Below, piece after piece: positions 1 through 12,502 of a stretch of DNA of 64,000 bases (positions within the stretch are counted from its first letter, which is position 1; every line of letters begins with the position of its first letter). The notes under the pieces were generated by a model. It was not told where the DNA came from and ran no database searches. It saw only the letters and a list, made by a program, of their open reading frames with translations. The stretch covers positions 24,490,001 through 24,554,000 of the forward strand of contig OZ231126.1 of NCBI GenBank assembly GCA_965153355.1, written 5' to 3'. This stretch comes from Flaccisagitta enflata. Lineage: Eukaryota. Made by a program: the position numbers and the translations under genes.

Positions 1-26
1 TCCTCAAGTTCAGACGTAGGAGGCCA

Positions 27-272
27 TGTCTGTGTGTCTGTGTGTCTGTGTGTCTGTGTGTCTGTGTGTCTGTGTGTATGTGTGTCTGTCTGTCTGTCTG
101 TGTGTCTGTGTGTCTGTCTGTGTGTCCATCTTTCTGCCTATCTGCCAGTCTGTCTGTCTGTCTGTCTATCTGTCAGTCTGTCTGTCTGTCTGTCTTTCTG
201 TATGTCTGTCTGTCTGCATGTCTGTCTACCCGTATGCCTGTCTGTCCGTGTGTCTGTCAGTCTGTCTGTCTG
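27..272. repeat. (TCTG/TGTC)n compound microsatellite
   Basis: Degenerate TGTG/TCTG tandem units; the overlapping ORFs (VCLS repeats) are artefacts. Confidence 0.9.
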
Positions 273-373
273 TAGGTCACGCTTCTTTAACTTTTTTTAA
301 AGAATATACGAAACGGGCGTTCTCAACAGTCCCCACGTTTTCCCGCTTCCATTCCTTTGATTATTCCTTTAAT

Positions 374-675
374 CATTGATTCATTTATTCGATCATTCAT
401 TCATTCATTTATTCATTCATTCATTCATTCATTCATTCATTCATTCATTCATTCATTCTTTCATTCCTTGATTCATTCAATCATTCAATCATTCATTCAT
501 TCATTCATTCATTCATTCATTCATTCATTCATTCATTCATTCATTCATTCATTCATTCATTCATTCATTCATTCATTCATTCATTCATTCATTCATTCAT
601 TCATTCATTCATTCATTCATTTATTCATTCGTTTTTTCTGTCTTTTCATACATCCATTCATTCACTCATTCATTC
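374..675. repeat. (TTCA)n microsatellite
   Basis: Long ATTC tandem run. Confidence 0.95.
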
Positions 676-1077
676 TTCAACACGAGACGCATGTAATGGC
701 CTAAACGTTGCCTTGTTCCGTCATTCCACTTACCTCTTGTCCAGTATTGAGCAATTTTTTTGATTAGCACCATTCAGCCTTTGCTCCTAGCTCCCACGGC
801 ACTTCTTCAGCTGATCACTCCAAGCAGGGCATCGGGCACCGTTGACCATGTGCAATCCTTGGATGACTAGTTTTACGTGCGCCATAGCACCATTTTAAGA
901 GGCTTTGACCGTTGGTCGGTCAGTAGTTTGGTCGGTTGGTCGGTCTGTCGGTCACGCTCGAGTGAAAAATCGCAGAAAATGTTTGAAATCACTTGAAAAC
1001 CAATCATAATTCATAACCCTCATCATTTCATTCATTATCATATTCGGCTATGGGAAAGTCTGATAGAGCTTGGGATA

Positions 1078-2462
1078 CCCTGCAATCAAAAGCAACTGAT
1101 ACCAGTAAAACCTTTAATGTGCCTAGAGTATTTATTTTGAGAAATTTGGACTGGTTCCGTCTGAAAGCAGACTACCCACCATTTGTTCATGCAAAAATTC
1201 AAAGCACTGGCTTTAGCGGATTACTATCTAGAACATAAGTATATCGACAGGCATTTAAGGCAATAGCTCTATTCAAAATAAGAAATTTATATAAAAACCA
1301 GTGAGATTCAAAAAACTATTTTGAATTTCTGACCAGATGCCGCAAACGGCATCCTTTTAGCTCATGCCATTTAGAAATGACAAGCAAAACAAAATTGATA
1401 CTCCAATTGAAGAATTATGAAAAAAATAGATCTAGTCTTTTAACAGTTTTTGCTTTAAGTAACAAAGTCTTTATTGAGATAGATGGGAGGTTTTTTATCT
1501 CTTTTTTTATTCTTACTACAAACACAAAACGCCTTTGTCACATTTTCTTGGTTGAATTCAAAATCTCTGAGTCATTGGGATTACAACTGAAGCAAAAGAG
1601 AGAACATAACATTTACTTGAGAATTTTCTGAAATCCAATTTCAGGAGGGGAAGTTATTGTGCATTCATGCTAAACAATTGTGTTAGAATGCATATAATAT
1701 CCGTAACTAGTTGGTTGTTAAAGCACATAGATGTGATATTAAATATTTCACACACTTCTGAAGCTTTTCTATGGATCTTATACTAATAAGTTAACCAATC
1801 CCCATACTGTCGATATACTTATGTTCTAGATAGTAGCTTCCACCTTATTTCAAAATTTGACAAAAATTTGAAAGTTTTTACCCAAAAATTGTATTTTTAA
1901 GCAAGTTTACATAAATTTATCCTTGTAATTTTCACATTTATTCATAAAGACTATCTGACCGTTCATAATTGAGAGGTAATTGACCCATTTGTTGCAAAAC
2001 TTTTGATTTTTTGCCATTTCTGTGGAGATTTAGGTATTAAATGAGCAGTGATGTGACACAAAACCCGCTCAAACAAAAAAAAAAAAAAAAAAAGAGGAAA
2101 CAATTAAGATTGCCCAATGAATTTCTGTATTTTAGTATGTTTTTTATAGAAATGCGTAAGCTGAGACTAATATCTTACTTTTAAGACCAATCTGGTCATT
2201 TTGGAATGATTTGTAACAAAATTACATTGATTTAAAGCTAATGAGGTCAGTTTATCAATATTTTCAGAAATCTCACGAGGGGAAAATCACATCATACCTC
2301 AAATCCACGTGGAAGCTAAACCGCTTAAGCCACTGCTATGAAATTTTGCATGAATAAATGGTAGGTAATGTGCTTTCAGACAAAACTAATCTGAATTTTC
2401 AAAAGTGAATACTTTATGCACTATAAAGGTTTTGCTGGTATCAGTTGCTTTTGATTGCAGGG
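1078..2462. mobile_element. Non-autonomous TIR element (MITE) with CCC termini and TA TSD
   Basis: CCCTGCAATCAAAAGCAACTGATACCAG at 1078, with its reverse complement ending at 2462; imperfect TIR extends ~150 bp; TA on both flanks. Confidence 0.85.
1224..1833. mobile_element. MITE nested in the left TIR of the 1078-2462 element
   Basis: Perfect TIR CTATCTAGAACATAAGTATATCGACAG and TA TSD; removing it restores GCGGATTAGCTTCCAC, which matches the outer right TIR. Confidence 0.85.
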
Positions 2463-4069
2463 TAGGTCTGATAGAGCTCGGGATAGGGTTAGGGGTATAA
2501 AGCTTGGGATAGGTCTGGGAAAAGATAACGACAGGCGCGCCGTCTTGGACCGTGTATCCGGCCTTGTTCTTCTAGTTACTCACTCTGTTTGCATTCCATA
2601 CCTTCAAATTTCTATTCGTTTGCCTGCAACTTACTCCATTGACTTACTAATTTGCATATTGCAGTTTACTGTTTCATTCAAAGCAATAAACTTTCTTCAT
2701 CAAGAAAAACGTTCATACTAGCATCAGAAAATGTTTTTGATTTTGTGACCATGAAAGCCCATATAACAACCAAAAAACCAGCAAATATGATTGACTCAAT
2801 TCTAGAATGTTTCCACATCCCAACACGATTACTTTTTGTTTGAAAGGGTATTTATAAGCAAAAAGTTTCAAAATGATAATGAAATTATTCGATCAGTTCT
2901 TCCAGTTTCAAGGGCCTTGCCCCGCTGTGGCTGATTCCTTACGTGAACCAATTTAGAATAGTTACTTATTGTCATTTTGTTAAATAACTAACTTACTACT
3001 AATTGACAGACCGTACTATTTATTTCCGTGCTGGCCTTAATTTCTAGTCGTTTTGATTTTTACCTCCAGGGGAATTTTGAATAGGTATTTAGTCTCAATT
3101 CGTTGATTACATAAATGATTCACTACTAACGGACTGACTATACTATATATTTCCGTGCCTGTTTCATTTTAATTTCTAGTCATCTTGATCGTTACCTCCA
3201 GCTTGCATCTTACATACGCATGATAATGTATTTTTTTCTTTTGGTGCAAAGTGCGTCTCCAACACAAGAGAGAAGGAGTAAAAAAAAGCACGCACACATC
3301 AGACAGCACTCGATCTCACTGAGACTCTTTTGCGGAGGGTTGCCACTTATTCCAATGGGAGCTCGGCAGTCAGGAACACATGGTTAATATAACACTTTTA
3401 CTTTTACACAACCTAAAAAATCTGATCCCTACTATTACACACCTTTCTTACAAAAATCCGATCCTAGAATCCTTTTTATTGTCAGTAGTTTATAGATATT
3501 TGATTCTCAAGAAAAACAAATACTGCTACTAAATGCGTAAAGTAACCCATGCCATTCCTCTTCTATTTCATATCAAAACCTGAATCAATCGAATGGACAT
3601 GAACTCATAGAAAAAAAGAAAAATTATTCGACCACTCTTCCTGGAAATCGCTGCTGGGTCTCGGTCTCTCGGCTCTTTTGTGATCTGCGGCTATGAGGTG
3701 GCCCTACTCTAGCAGCTAGATCGCGGTTGTTAGTGAAACTCTTGGAGAATTCTTCTGTCAATCTTTTTCGTCTTCACCGCACTGCCAACGGACAAACTAG
3801 AAAATTAGTCGTGTAACCGGCATTTTTTCGGTTCATGGGGATGTGCTTATCAAATTCCGCGTGAATAGGTTGTTTCGTTGACAGAGAGGGGTCCGAACGA
3901 AGGGCCAAAGCCTACGCACAATCCGTACTCCTGTGTAAACATGAGAAGTGCGGCAGCTTCTGCTAAATCAAAGCTTAGAGAAAACGGAACTTCTGCTCAG
4001 TCATAAGTCTGCATTCCACTTTTTTGTTATTTTCATCTATTTTCTTTTGTCCCCTCCCACTATACCATC

Positions 4070-4081
4070 CTTTCCTTTCAT

Positions 4082-4148
<67 letters not shown>

Positions 4149-4185
4149 CTCTTTCTTTCTTTCTTTCTTCCTTTCTTTTTTTAGT

Positions 4186-4257
<72 letters not shown>

Positions 4258-4305
4258 TTTTTAGTTCTTTCTTTCTTTTTTTAGTTCTTTCTTTCTTTCT
4301 TTCCT
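4070..4305. repeat. (TTTC)n microsatellite
   Basis: Tandem TTTC. Confidence 0.95.
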
Positions 4306-4779
4306 TCTACATGTCTGCAATCATCCTGATTATCCATTCTTTTACCTGAAACTTCGAACTCCTCTTCATAACTTTTGACCCTTCCCATTCCTCCAGGCAC
4401 CTGCTTGAGTTTTTGTCTGACACCACTCTTCGACCTTCAAGTCTCCATCCCAGTCATCCCACCCCTCTCACCTTATCTTCTTCGCTTTCTGTCTCTCTCG
4501 CGCGCATCGTTTCTGCAAGATAACGTTTCAATGGAGAAAACGGAGAAGGTTTTCAAATGAAATCAACAAAACCAGAAATAGAAGTAGGGAGTGTTTCTTC
4601 TGCAAGAGCCTTCCTTTACTTTTCTTCCCCTCTTTCCGTCTTCCCTTCTTTGCTTCCTTCCTTCTTTGCTTCTTTCTTTCTCTCTCTCTTTATTTCTTTG
4701 TTTCTTCCTTGCTTTCTATCTTTCACACTTGCTTTCTCTCTTTCATTCTTTCTCATCTTTTCCTTCCTTACTTTCTCTC

Positions 4780-5093
<314 letters not shown>

Positions 5094-7353
5094 GTGATCA
5101 ATTCGATTTTGTTTTTGTTTTTGTTTTCACGTATCTTACCCTTAAGATGTTTTGCCTGACAATTGTCTCTACTTTTTTTTAGAATATTGAAGTGGAACCG
5201 GAAGTCGGAATGGAAGTGGAAGCGGAAATAGAATCTGTGGCGAAAGCAGAGACTGAGCCAGGGTATAAACGTGAAAGGTGCAGCGCCGAAGGGAAAGGCA
5301 GAGGCAGTCGCGGAGGCAGAGGCAGAACCCCCTTGTGCAATGGACGCAAAAGCTGAAGTGGCAGAGGCAATGGCAGGAGGCAGAAGGCAGATGCGAAGGT
5401 GAATATTCATTTGTAAGAAGAGCAGACAGGAAAGTGGAGGGGTAAGCGCAGGCAGCTTTAGAACGATTGGCAGAAGAATCAATGAATTATGACCGGGATC
5501 TTTGAATGAAAAAGTGAGAAAAAGTAAATCACAGAAGTTTAAAGTGAAAAAGTGAGAAAAAGTAAATCACAGAAGTTTAAAAAACTACATCTAAATCACA
5601 GCCAAGTGACGCAGCCTGAATGAAGATTCACAGCCATTTTTGTTTTCAAGATGTTTAACGAGTAAATGAGACGGCAAAGAAAATCATATTCCAATGTGAG
5701 GAGGGGGCAGAGGCGGAGCTGCGATCAGTCCAGCGTTAGCACGTTGTAATAGCACAAATAGACGCTGAAAAAGCTGTCGAATTGTTGTCTCTGTTGGAGA
5801 AGGAGATCGCGATGCGGCACGTTTGGCAATGGCAGTATTGTTCTACAAAGGAGTTACTCGCTGTTCCCAATACTTTTAAGTTTTATGTCTTTTCTCTCCC
5901 TCTCTTGCAGAAATAAACTAACAAATTGATGTTAATCTCACCTCGGTCCACTTTTCCTCCTCTTTCAGGGATGTAACGCTTCGTAGAAAACAAGGATGGT
6001 CAGGCACGAGTCGCGGGCGTCTGACGGGAATGACGCTGCGCCGCACACGCTACATGATCTCAACGCAACTACAAAAATCCCGGCCTCAAAAGCCGAATGC
6101 AGCCATGCCGGACAATGTCCTAGCTTAAATAAGTCGCGCATTGGGCCCCCGACGCAATCCGCGTCGACGTTATTGCCATCGACGGCTGGCTGTCATCGCG
6201 CCAACGACCGTGATGTCCCCGTGCAATGCCAATGTTATATTAAAACCTCCCTAACAACGTCCGATATCGCGATGGAGTCATCCCTTCGGTCACCAAAATC
6301 CTCCATGACTCAATCGTTACGTTGCGACAGCTCAACTGCAACGACTGCCGAAATTGCCATTGACAATGATCCGCCGCGATGCATCACCGGCAGAAGCCGA
6401 TTGTCCAGTTCCTCATGTTCGTCAAGTTTGGCCTTCTCAAGTTTGGCCTTCAGTTGTTCAAGTTTGTCGTCCAGTGTCCTCAAGTATAACGCGCCATCTT
6501 TATCGTCGTCCGAAAGACACTCCCATAGGTTCCACTTCTTCCCTTCGCCGTCGGCAGCAATCAAAACTTCCAGACTTGTACGGAAACTCTCATCCAACGC
6601 ATCGCGGCGACGAACGTCGTCCTTCCTCACCCCGTACTGCTCCGCATTTTTAACGTCGATAATACTCTTTCTTCCTCTGCAAGTCGTTACATTGGGCAAG
6701 GCGAGATACAATACGCAGATGCAATACCCAAACGATTCTCTACCATTCCGTGTCGAGACGGGTGCGTGCAACCACACCAAGAAATGTATCACTTCGTTGA
6801 CGAACGAGCCGTTAAACTATAAAGGTAGGTTTGTTCTGGTATCGGCAGAGATCGTTTATGGCCGACGGACCTATGAACGGAATGAAATCGTGTCACGTTC
6901 AGAGCGTCTCATTCACATTCAACCCTCTCACCTTCGACCGCGCAAGCAGAAAATTGTGTATGGGATCGTTTGGTCACATTTCTGAAAATGATCAAAAAAT
7001 TGACCCGGGAGCCTGATTTTACAAACGAATGACGGCGATGCAATCAGCGTATTGTGCACACGCCTATCGGACTTATTTCCTGATCACTGCTCCGTAGTTC
7101 CACCGTGTGCTTTATTCTAGGAGAGCTGCCACTTTTATGATGGTTTCCGGTGGTCCAGCCTATGAATGATCCATGGCAAATTAGTGCAAAAAAAATCCTG
7201 GGGCGCTCTATGAAATATTCACATTTTTTCCTGATAAGGTTTTTTCTATTGTGAAACGATTAGGGCGCCCAGGCCAGGTTTCTGTAGTGGTCGTTAAATC
7301 ATCATCAATGATGATTCATCGTTTTTCCATCCCTCTGCTTAATTTTCGAACAG

Positions 7354-7544
7354 GAGAGCTTAAAAACGTCACCGTGGCGGCGATTCTTCCATGCAACAAC
7401 AGCTATCTCTACTCCATCGAACGGGTTAAGGATGCTCTCTCGTTCTCCGTGGAGAAAGTTCGCGAACACGGTCTGCTGCCAAATCATCGAATTCAGTTCT
7501 TCTTTGCAGATTCCGGTCCCAACATTTATTATCCACTGAAACAT
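7354..7544 (+). CDS. NPR/receptor guanylyl cyclase-like extracellular domain, exon A (ELKNVTVAAILP...FFFADSGPNIYYPLKH)
   Basis: cag acceptor, gtaagt donor; NxTVAxxLP...YS..RV resembles the NPR N-terminus; phase 1 to 0. Confidence 0.85.
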
Positions 7545-7639
7545 GTAAGTTTGTCATTGGGGTTGATGCTGTCGGTAAGTTTATCGCGCGGCTGCTATCT
7601 GCAAATTTTTGCCGGCTTTGGTTAATGTGGAAGTAACCT

Positions 7640-8217
7640 TTTTGGGCAGCGGCCCCGAAGGGGACGAAGTCCTGTGGAACACAGGGGGACTTTCGTTCGT
7701 CATTCTGTTCGTCCGTTCGTCCCCCCCAGGCCCTCTCAGGCCTGAAATCTACCCTCTTAGACCTGAAATCTGCCCTCTCAGGCCTTGAATCTGCCCTCTT
7801 AGGCCTGAAATCTATCCTCTCAGGCCAGAATTCTGCCCTCTCAGGCCTGAAATCCATCCTTTTAGGCCTAAAATCTGCTCTCTCAGACCTTGAATCTGCC
7901 CTCTCAGGCCTGAAATCTGTCCTCTCAGGTCTGAAATCTGCCCTCTCAGGCCTAAAATCTGCCCTCACAGATTAAAGGCCTGAGTGGGCAGATTGAAGGC
8001 ATGAGAGGGCAGATTGAAGGCCTGAGTGGGCAGATTTCAGGCCTGAGAGGGCCTGGGGGGAACGGACGGACGGAATGACGAACGAAAGCCCCCCTGTGTT
8101 CCACAGGACTTCATGCCCTTCGGGGCCGCTGCCCTGCTTCCTCTCACGCCATATCACAATCATGCAAAGCAGGGCAACGGGTATCGCTGACCACATATTG
8201 CCCTTGGGCGACCTGTT
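7640..8217 (+). mobile_element. Subterminal-inverted-repeat element (GGGCAGCGGCCCC family; HINE/MITE-like) with internal 21-bp tandem repeats
   Basis: GGGCAGCGGCCCCGAAGGG...CCCTTCGGGGCCGCTGCCC inverted arms plus an ~85-bp asymmetric 3' tail; related copies at 10614-11086 (-), ~33600-33960 (partial), 35386-35975, and a tail-only copy at ~780-872. Confidence 0.75.
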
Positions 8218-8779
8218 AGTTAATGTTTAAGAGGTTTGAACTTATTTAAGACGTCTTGAATAGTTCACTACGAGATACAACGATAAATCACGAGGACTTC
8301 TCGAGTTGCCCATGAACTAGTCTAGTTTTTTGTTGGATAAGATTGACTCCGCTTTTCTGGCACAAAGCTTGAAAAATTTACTCCAAAATGTTGATCATGA
8401 TTCATGAAAATGTCAAAAAAAATCCGAGCATCTACCTAAAAAATCCAAGGAATATTTCAAGATCAGTTGCTGGACCTTGATATATTGGGAGCAAAAAATG
8501 TTTTTTATTCATATACACAACAAAATTCAACTCTGTAGCATCTTAAGAAGAGCTCTGAAGATATAGCCAATTGGCTTTCTATGAACGTAGTTTTTGGCCG
8601 AGATGGAATATCATTGCGACGCGGACTATAATGCAAGGTGGGTGGGTGTTGTCGTTGTCACTTTTTTATGATTTGACTAATTTCCTTTATATTTGGTGGG
8701 AAGTTGTACTAGGGTAAGGCGCTTTACATCCTATCTAATTTTTGTGATCCGACCAACCCAACCGGCCCAACTAGCCTAC

Positions 8780-9455
8780 ACTTAGGCATTTTTCAACAGA
8801 TTTGGTTGAAATTTGGTATTGAGTCTCTAAATGGAAAGACTCAGCATATGTATGTGATTTATATGCATTTGAGTATGCTAACCGGCCAAACCAACTTGCC
8901 ACTTAATCAGCTTATTGGCTTAAAAGTGAAAAACTTGCATAACTTTGTTATTTTTCAATTAATTTGGTTTAAACTTGGTATGGAGTCTCTAAATGGAAGA
9001 ACTCAACAAATGCACACTATTTGTCCTGTCAAACCAGCCTACCACTCAACCAGCATATCAGCCTTAAAGTGAAAAATGTGCTTATCTTCGGCATTTTTCA
9101 ACCAATTTGATTGAAATTTGGTATGGAGTTTATAAATAGAAGGAATCAACACATGTATGTTATTTATTTGCATTTGAGCATGCTAACCTGTTAAACCAAC
9201 TTACCACCCAACCAGCGTACTGGCCTAAAAGCAAAAAACTCGCATAACTTAGACATTCTTCAACTGATTTGGTTAAAACTTGGTATGGAGTCTCTTAATG
9301 GAAGAACTCAACATATGCACACTATTTATCTTGTCAAACCAGTCTACCACCCAACCAGCTTACTAGTCTAAAAGTGTTAAATTTATGTGCATAACATTGC
9401 CATTTTTCAACTGATTTGCTTGAAACTTTGTATAGAGACTCTAAATGGAAAGATT
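8780..9455. repeat. Degenerate tandem repeat with alternating ~175/~130-bp subunits
   Basis: Recurrent TTGGTATGGAGTCTCTAAATGGAAGAACTCAAC motif at ~8813, 8975, 9118, 9281, 9428. Confidence 0.7.
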
Positions 9456-9656
9456 TATAGTTGTAGCGAATTTATAGAGTAAGCGATGTTTTGGTCATAG
9501 CGATCTTATGGAAGTGGAGATCATTAACCCCCCACCGTCGCGGACCCAATTTCTTTTCAGATTTTTTTACACAAAAATAAGTGGGCTATATTTCAGCTTC
9601 TAAAAAGCACATATGAAAATCGCCAACGTAGATCCGTTTCTTTTTACTTTATCAAG

Positions 9657-9774
9657 GCTATCAAATTGGTGGATGAACATGACATAAACGTTTTTCTGGG
9701 ACCAGTTAATGATTATTCTGCGGCCGGCGTTGCGCGACAAGCGTACTTTTGGAAAAAGCCTATCATCACACCAG
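9657..9774 (+). CDS. NPR-like ECD exon B (AIKLVDEHDINVFLGPVNDYSAAGVARQAYFWKKPIITPG)
   Basis: Matches the ANF-receptor motif FLGP.(C).Y.AA.V.R....W..P.IT.G; aag acceptor, gt donor; phase 0 to 1. Confidence 0.92.
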
Positions 9775-9983
9775 GTCGGAGTCCTCAGATTGTTTCCTGT
9801 CATCGTTTCATATGCCGCATGTCTGAAAATGCCTGTTCATCTGGCTGTATGTCTTTTGTCTGTCCAACTGGATATCAAATCCTATATGCAGCGGATTCTT
9901 TAGTATGGTTAAGGTTCAATATTAGCGAATTCTATCCCGGAGTTAACTGCATTTTTACTCGTTTTGCCTGTTTCTCTGTCTAG

Positions 9984-10078
9984 GTGCCATGGCGGGAGAC
10001 TTTATTAGTAAGGAGCCAAAATGTAACGTCCGTGACCAATACCCTACTCTCACGCGTACTGGAAGCACCCACGATCAG
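9984..10078 (+). CDS. NPR-like ECD exon C (GAMAGDFISKEPKCNVRDQYPTLTRTGSTHDQ)
   Basis: GA.A..F....Y.TLTR.G motif; tag/gt boundaries; phase 1 to 0. Confidence 0.9.
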
Positions 10079-10231
10079 GTACAAGTCGCTTCGGGATGAG
10101 GGGCCTGATTCAATAACAAGATGACATTCCAACGAAGGCATCGGTCACGTCGTCCAACTGAAAGTGCCTATTGCAAATGGGCAACTATTCTTAATTTTAT
10201 TAGTGCTCAAGCATTTTTGCTTGTTTTACAG

Positions 10232-10470
10232 GTAGCAAGATCTGTTACCAGTCTTATGAAACAATGGAAAAACAGCGATCAGAACTCAAGCTGGACTAGG
10301 GCGAGGCTGGTCGTGGAGCCGGTAGGGCAAGAGGAAGTAGGGTCCAATTTTTGCTACTTGTCAGGAAGCGCAATTAGGCAACAAGGAAGTGTTGCTGGTT
10401 TGAAAATCCAAGATTGGAACTTCGGACCTAAACCCGATACCACGGTTGAGGGATTGAAGGTTGACATCAA
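10232..10470 (+). CDS. NPR-like ECD exon D (VARSVTSLMKQW...NFCYLSGSAI...KVDI)
   Basis: Open frame between cag and gtaagt; W...CY motif; phase 0 to 2. Confidence 0.85.
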
Positions 10471-10613
10471 GTAAGTGCCATCGTCTCGGTTGCATTGTGT
10501 TGTTTACTAATGCGTATCTCCTGTTGAATTGGTTTGTGTGCAAGCGATAAATACCGAGGATAAGGCTACTACTACTTATTTTCTGAAAACAAGAAGAAAT
10601 AGTCGCAAGAGCG

Positions 10614-11086
10614 TTAGATGGTCAGCGGTACCCGTGCCCTGCTTAAGAAGGTTGTAGATGAAGTTGAGGGGGGAGCAGGGCAGCGGCAGCGGCGTCCCGA
10701 AGGGGTCAATGACGCGCTCACATGCGGAGCTTCCTTCCTCCTCCTTCCTTCCTTCCTCCTTCCTCCACCCTCCCAGCCTCTAGGCTCATATCCAGCTCGG
10801 AGCCTCATATCCCAGCCTCCAGGCCCAAATCTCAGTCTTGAGGCTCAAATCCCTGTAGAGAGTGGAATCTAGGCCTTGAGTGATTTGGGCCTTTGTGGAT
10901 TTGGGGCCTTCAAGACTTGGATTTGGGCCTGATGGCTGGGATATGGGCTTCCAGGCTGAGATATGGGCCTAGAGGCTGGGGGAGGGGGGGTACGAAGGAG
11001 AAGGAGAAAACTCCCCATATGTGTGAAAGCATAGGTCATCGACCCCTTTGGGGCCGCTGCCCAAAAGTGAATGAGTCCAACGGCCG
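10614..11086 (-). mobile_element. GGGCAGCGGCCCC-family element, reverse copy
   Basis: Same arms and tail as 7640-8217 and 35386-35975. Confidence 0.7.
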
Positions 11087-12502
11087 AGACCCTAACGACT
11101 CAGAAAACATAGTAATGTCTGTTCGTAAGGTCATTGGTTGCCATCACCCAGGAACTCTCCGTCCCAAGCGATTGCCATACATTAATACAATGAGTTTTTT
11201 TTTTTCAAATGGTAACAATGAACGAAAGTACGAAAAACGAGAATGACTACAATAACTCGTAGTCTGTCTGTCTGTCTGTCTGTCTGTCTTGTTTAAAAAC
11301 CTCTCATATTTTTAAACCAGACTTCAGAATTTGGGCTGAAAATTTTGCTGGTGTTGTTTATAGGTCAATAGGAGCTTGTAATACTTCAAAAAATTCATTA
11401 ACTTACTACCTCTTTGCCTATTATTTTTGTAGTAATATTTAGCTTGGACTTAGGTGGTTTACATAGGTAGAGGGTAGTAAAGGTTTATGAATTTTTTTTT
11501 AATTTGGTATACAAGTAGAGGGTAGTAAATAAACAACCCCTGCAAAATTCAAATTAAATCTGAAGTTTGGTTTATGAGATATTAGCTTATTTATGTAGTA
11601 AAATGTTGCTAGACTTTAGGCAAATTTTACATAGCACAGTAGTAAAGGCATGTGAATTTTTTCTAATTTGTATATACAAGTAGAGGGTAGTAAATAAATA
11701 ACCCCTGCAGAATTCAAATTAAATTCTGAAGTCTGGTTTATGAGATATTAGCTTATTTATGTAGTAATATGTTACTATGACTTTGGCAGTTTACATAGGC
11801 AAAGGGTAGCAAAGTTATGTGAATTTTTTTGTCCCCACCTAACAGCTTTCACGGGCACTGATGTGATGGGACCTTGATCGTAGTCTGTCGTTGTTTGTCT
11901 GTCTGCGTCTAAAACCTTCCTTGTCTTTGAACCAGACCTCGTGTTCACGAACTTCAGCCTAGTTATTTTTTTCAAGTCAATGGGAGCTTGTGTACCAATT
12001 TTCAGAAAATCTATAAACTTACATCTTTTGCCTACGGCTTTAGTAATATTTTACTGGACTGCATGATTTCAGGTGCAGAGTGTAGTAAACCTATGTGAAT
12101 TTTTTTAATTTGGTATACAAGAGCTTTTGGGAAAACAAACAACCCCTGCAAAATTCGAATTAAATCTGAGGTCTGGTTCATGAGATATTAGTTTATTTAT
12201 ATAGTAATATGTTACTAGGACTTAGGCGATTTACATAGGCAAAGGGTAGTAAAGGCATGTCAATTTTTTTTTTAATTTGGTATACAAGTAATGGATGTCA
12301 ATTGAACAGCCCCTGCAAAATTCGAATTAAACCTGAGGTCTGGTGTATGAAATATTAGCTTATTTGTGTATGTAGTAATATGTTACTAGGACTTAGGCAA
12401 TTTATCCACTGTTTGTCCACAATTTGTCCACTGTCATATAGTGGATTTGAGTTGATGAAAATTTTAACTTGTTTATTCATTACATTCTGTTTTTCTTTAG
12501 AT

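Noticed and set aside
3220-3277. Possible signal-peptide first exon (MIMYFFLLVQSASPTQERR) for the receptor
   Set aside because: Phase is compatible, but the donor is weak and the hydrophobic core is short; not supportable without transcripts
7426-7968. 180-aa RADFRPE repeat protein
   Set aside because: 21-bp tandem repeat inside an intronic mobile element
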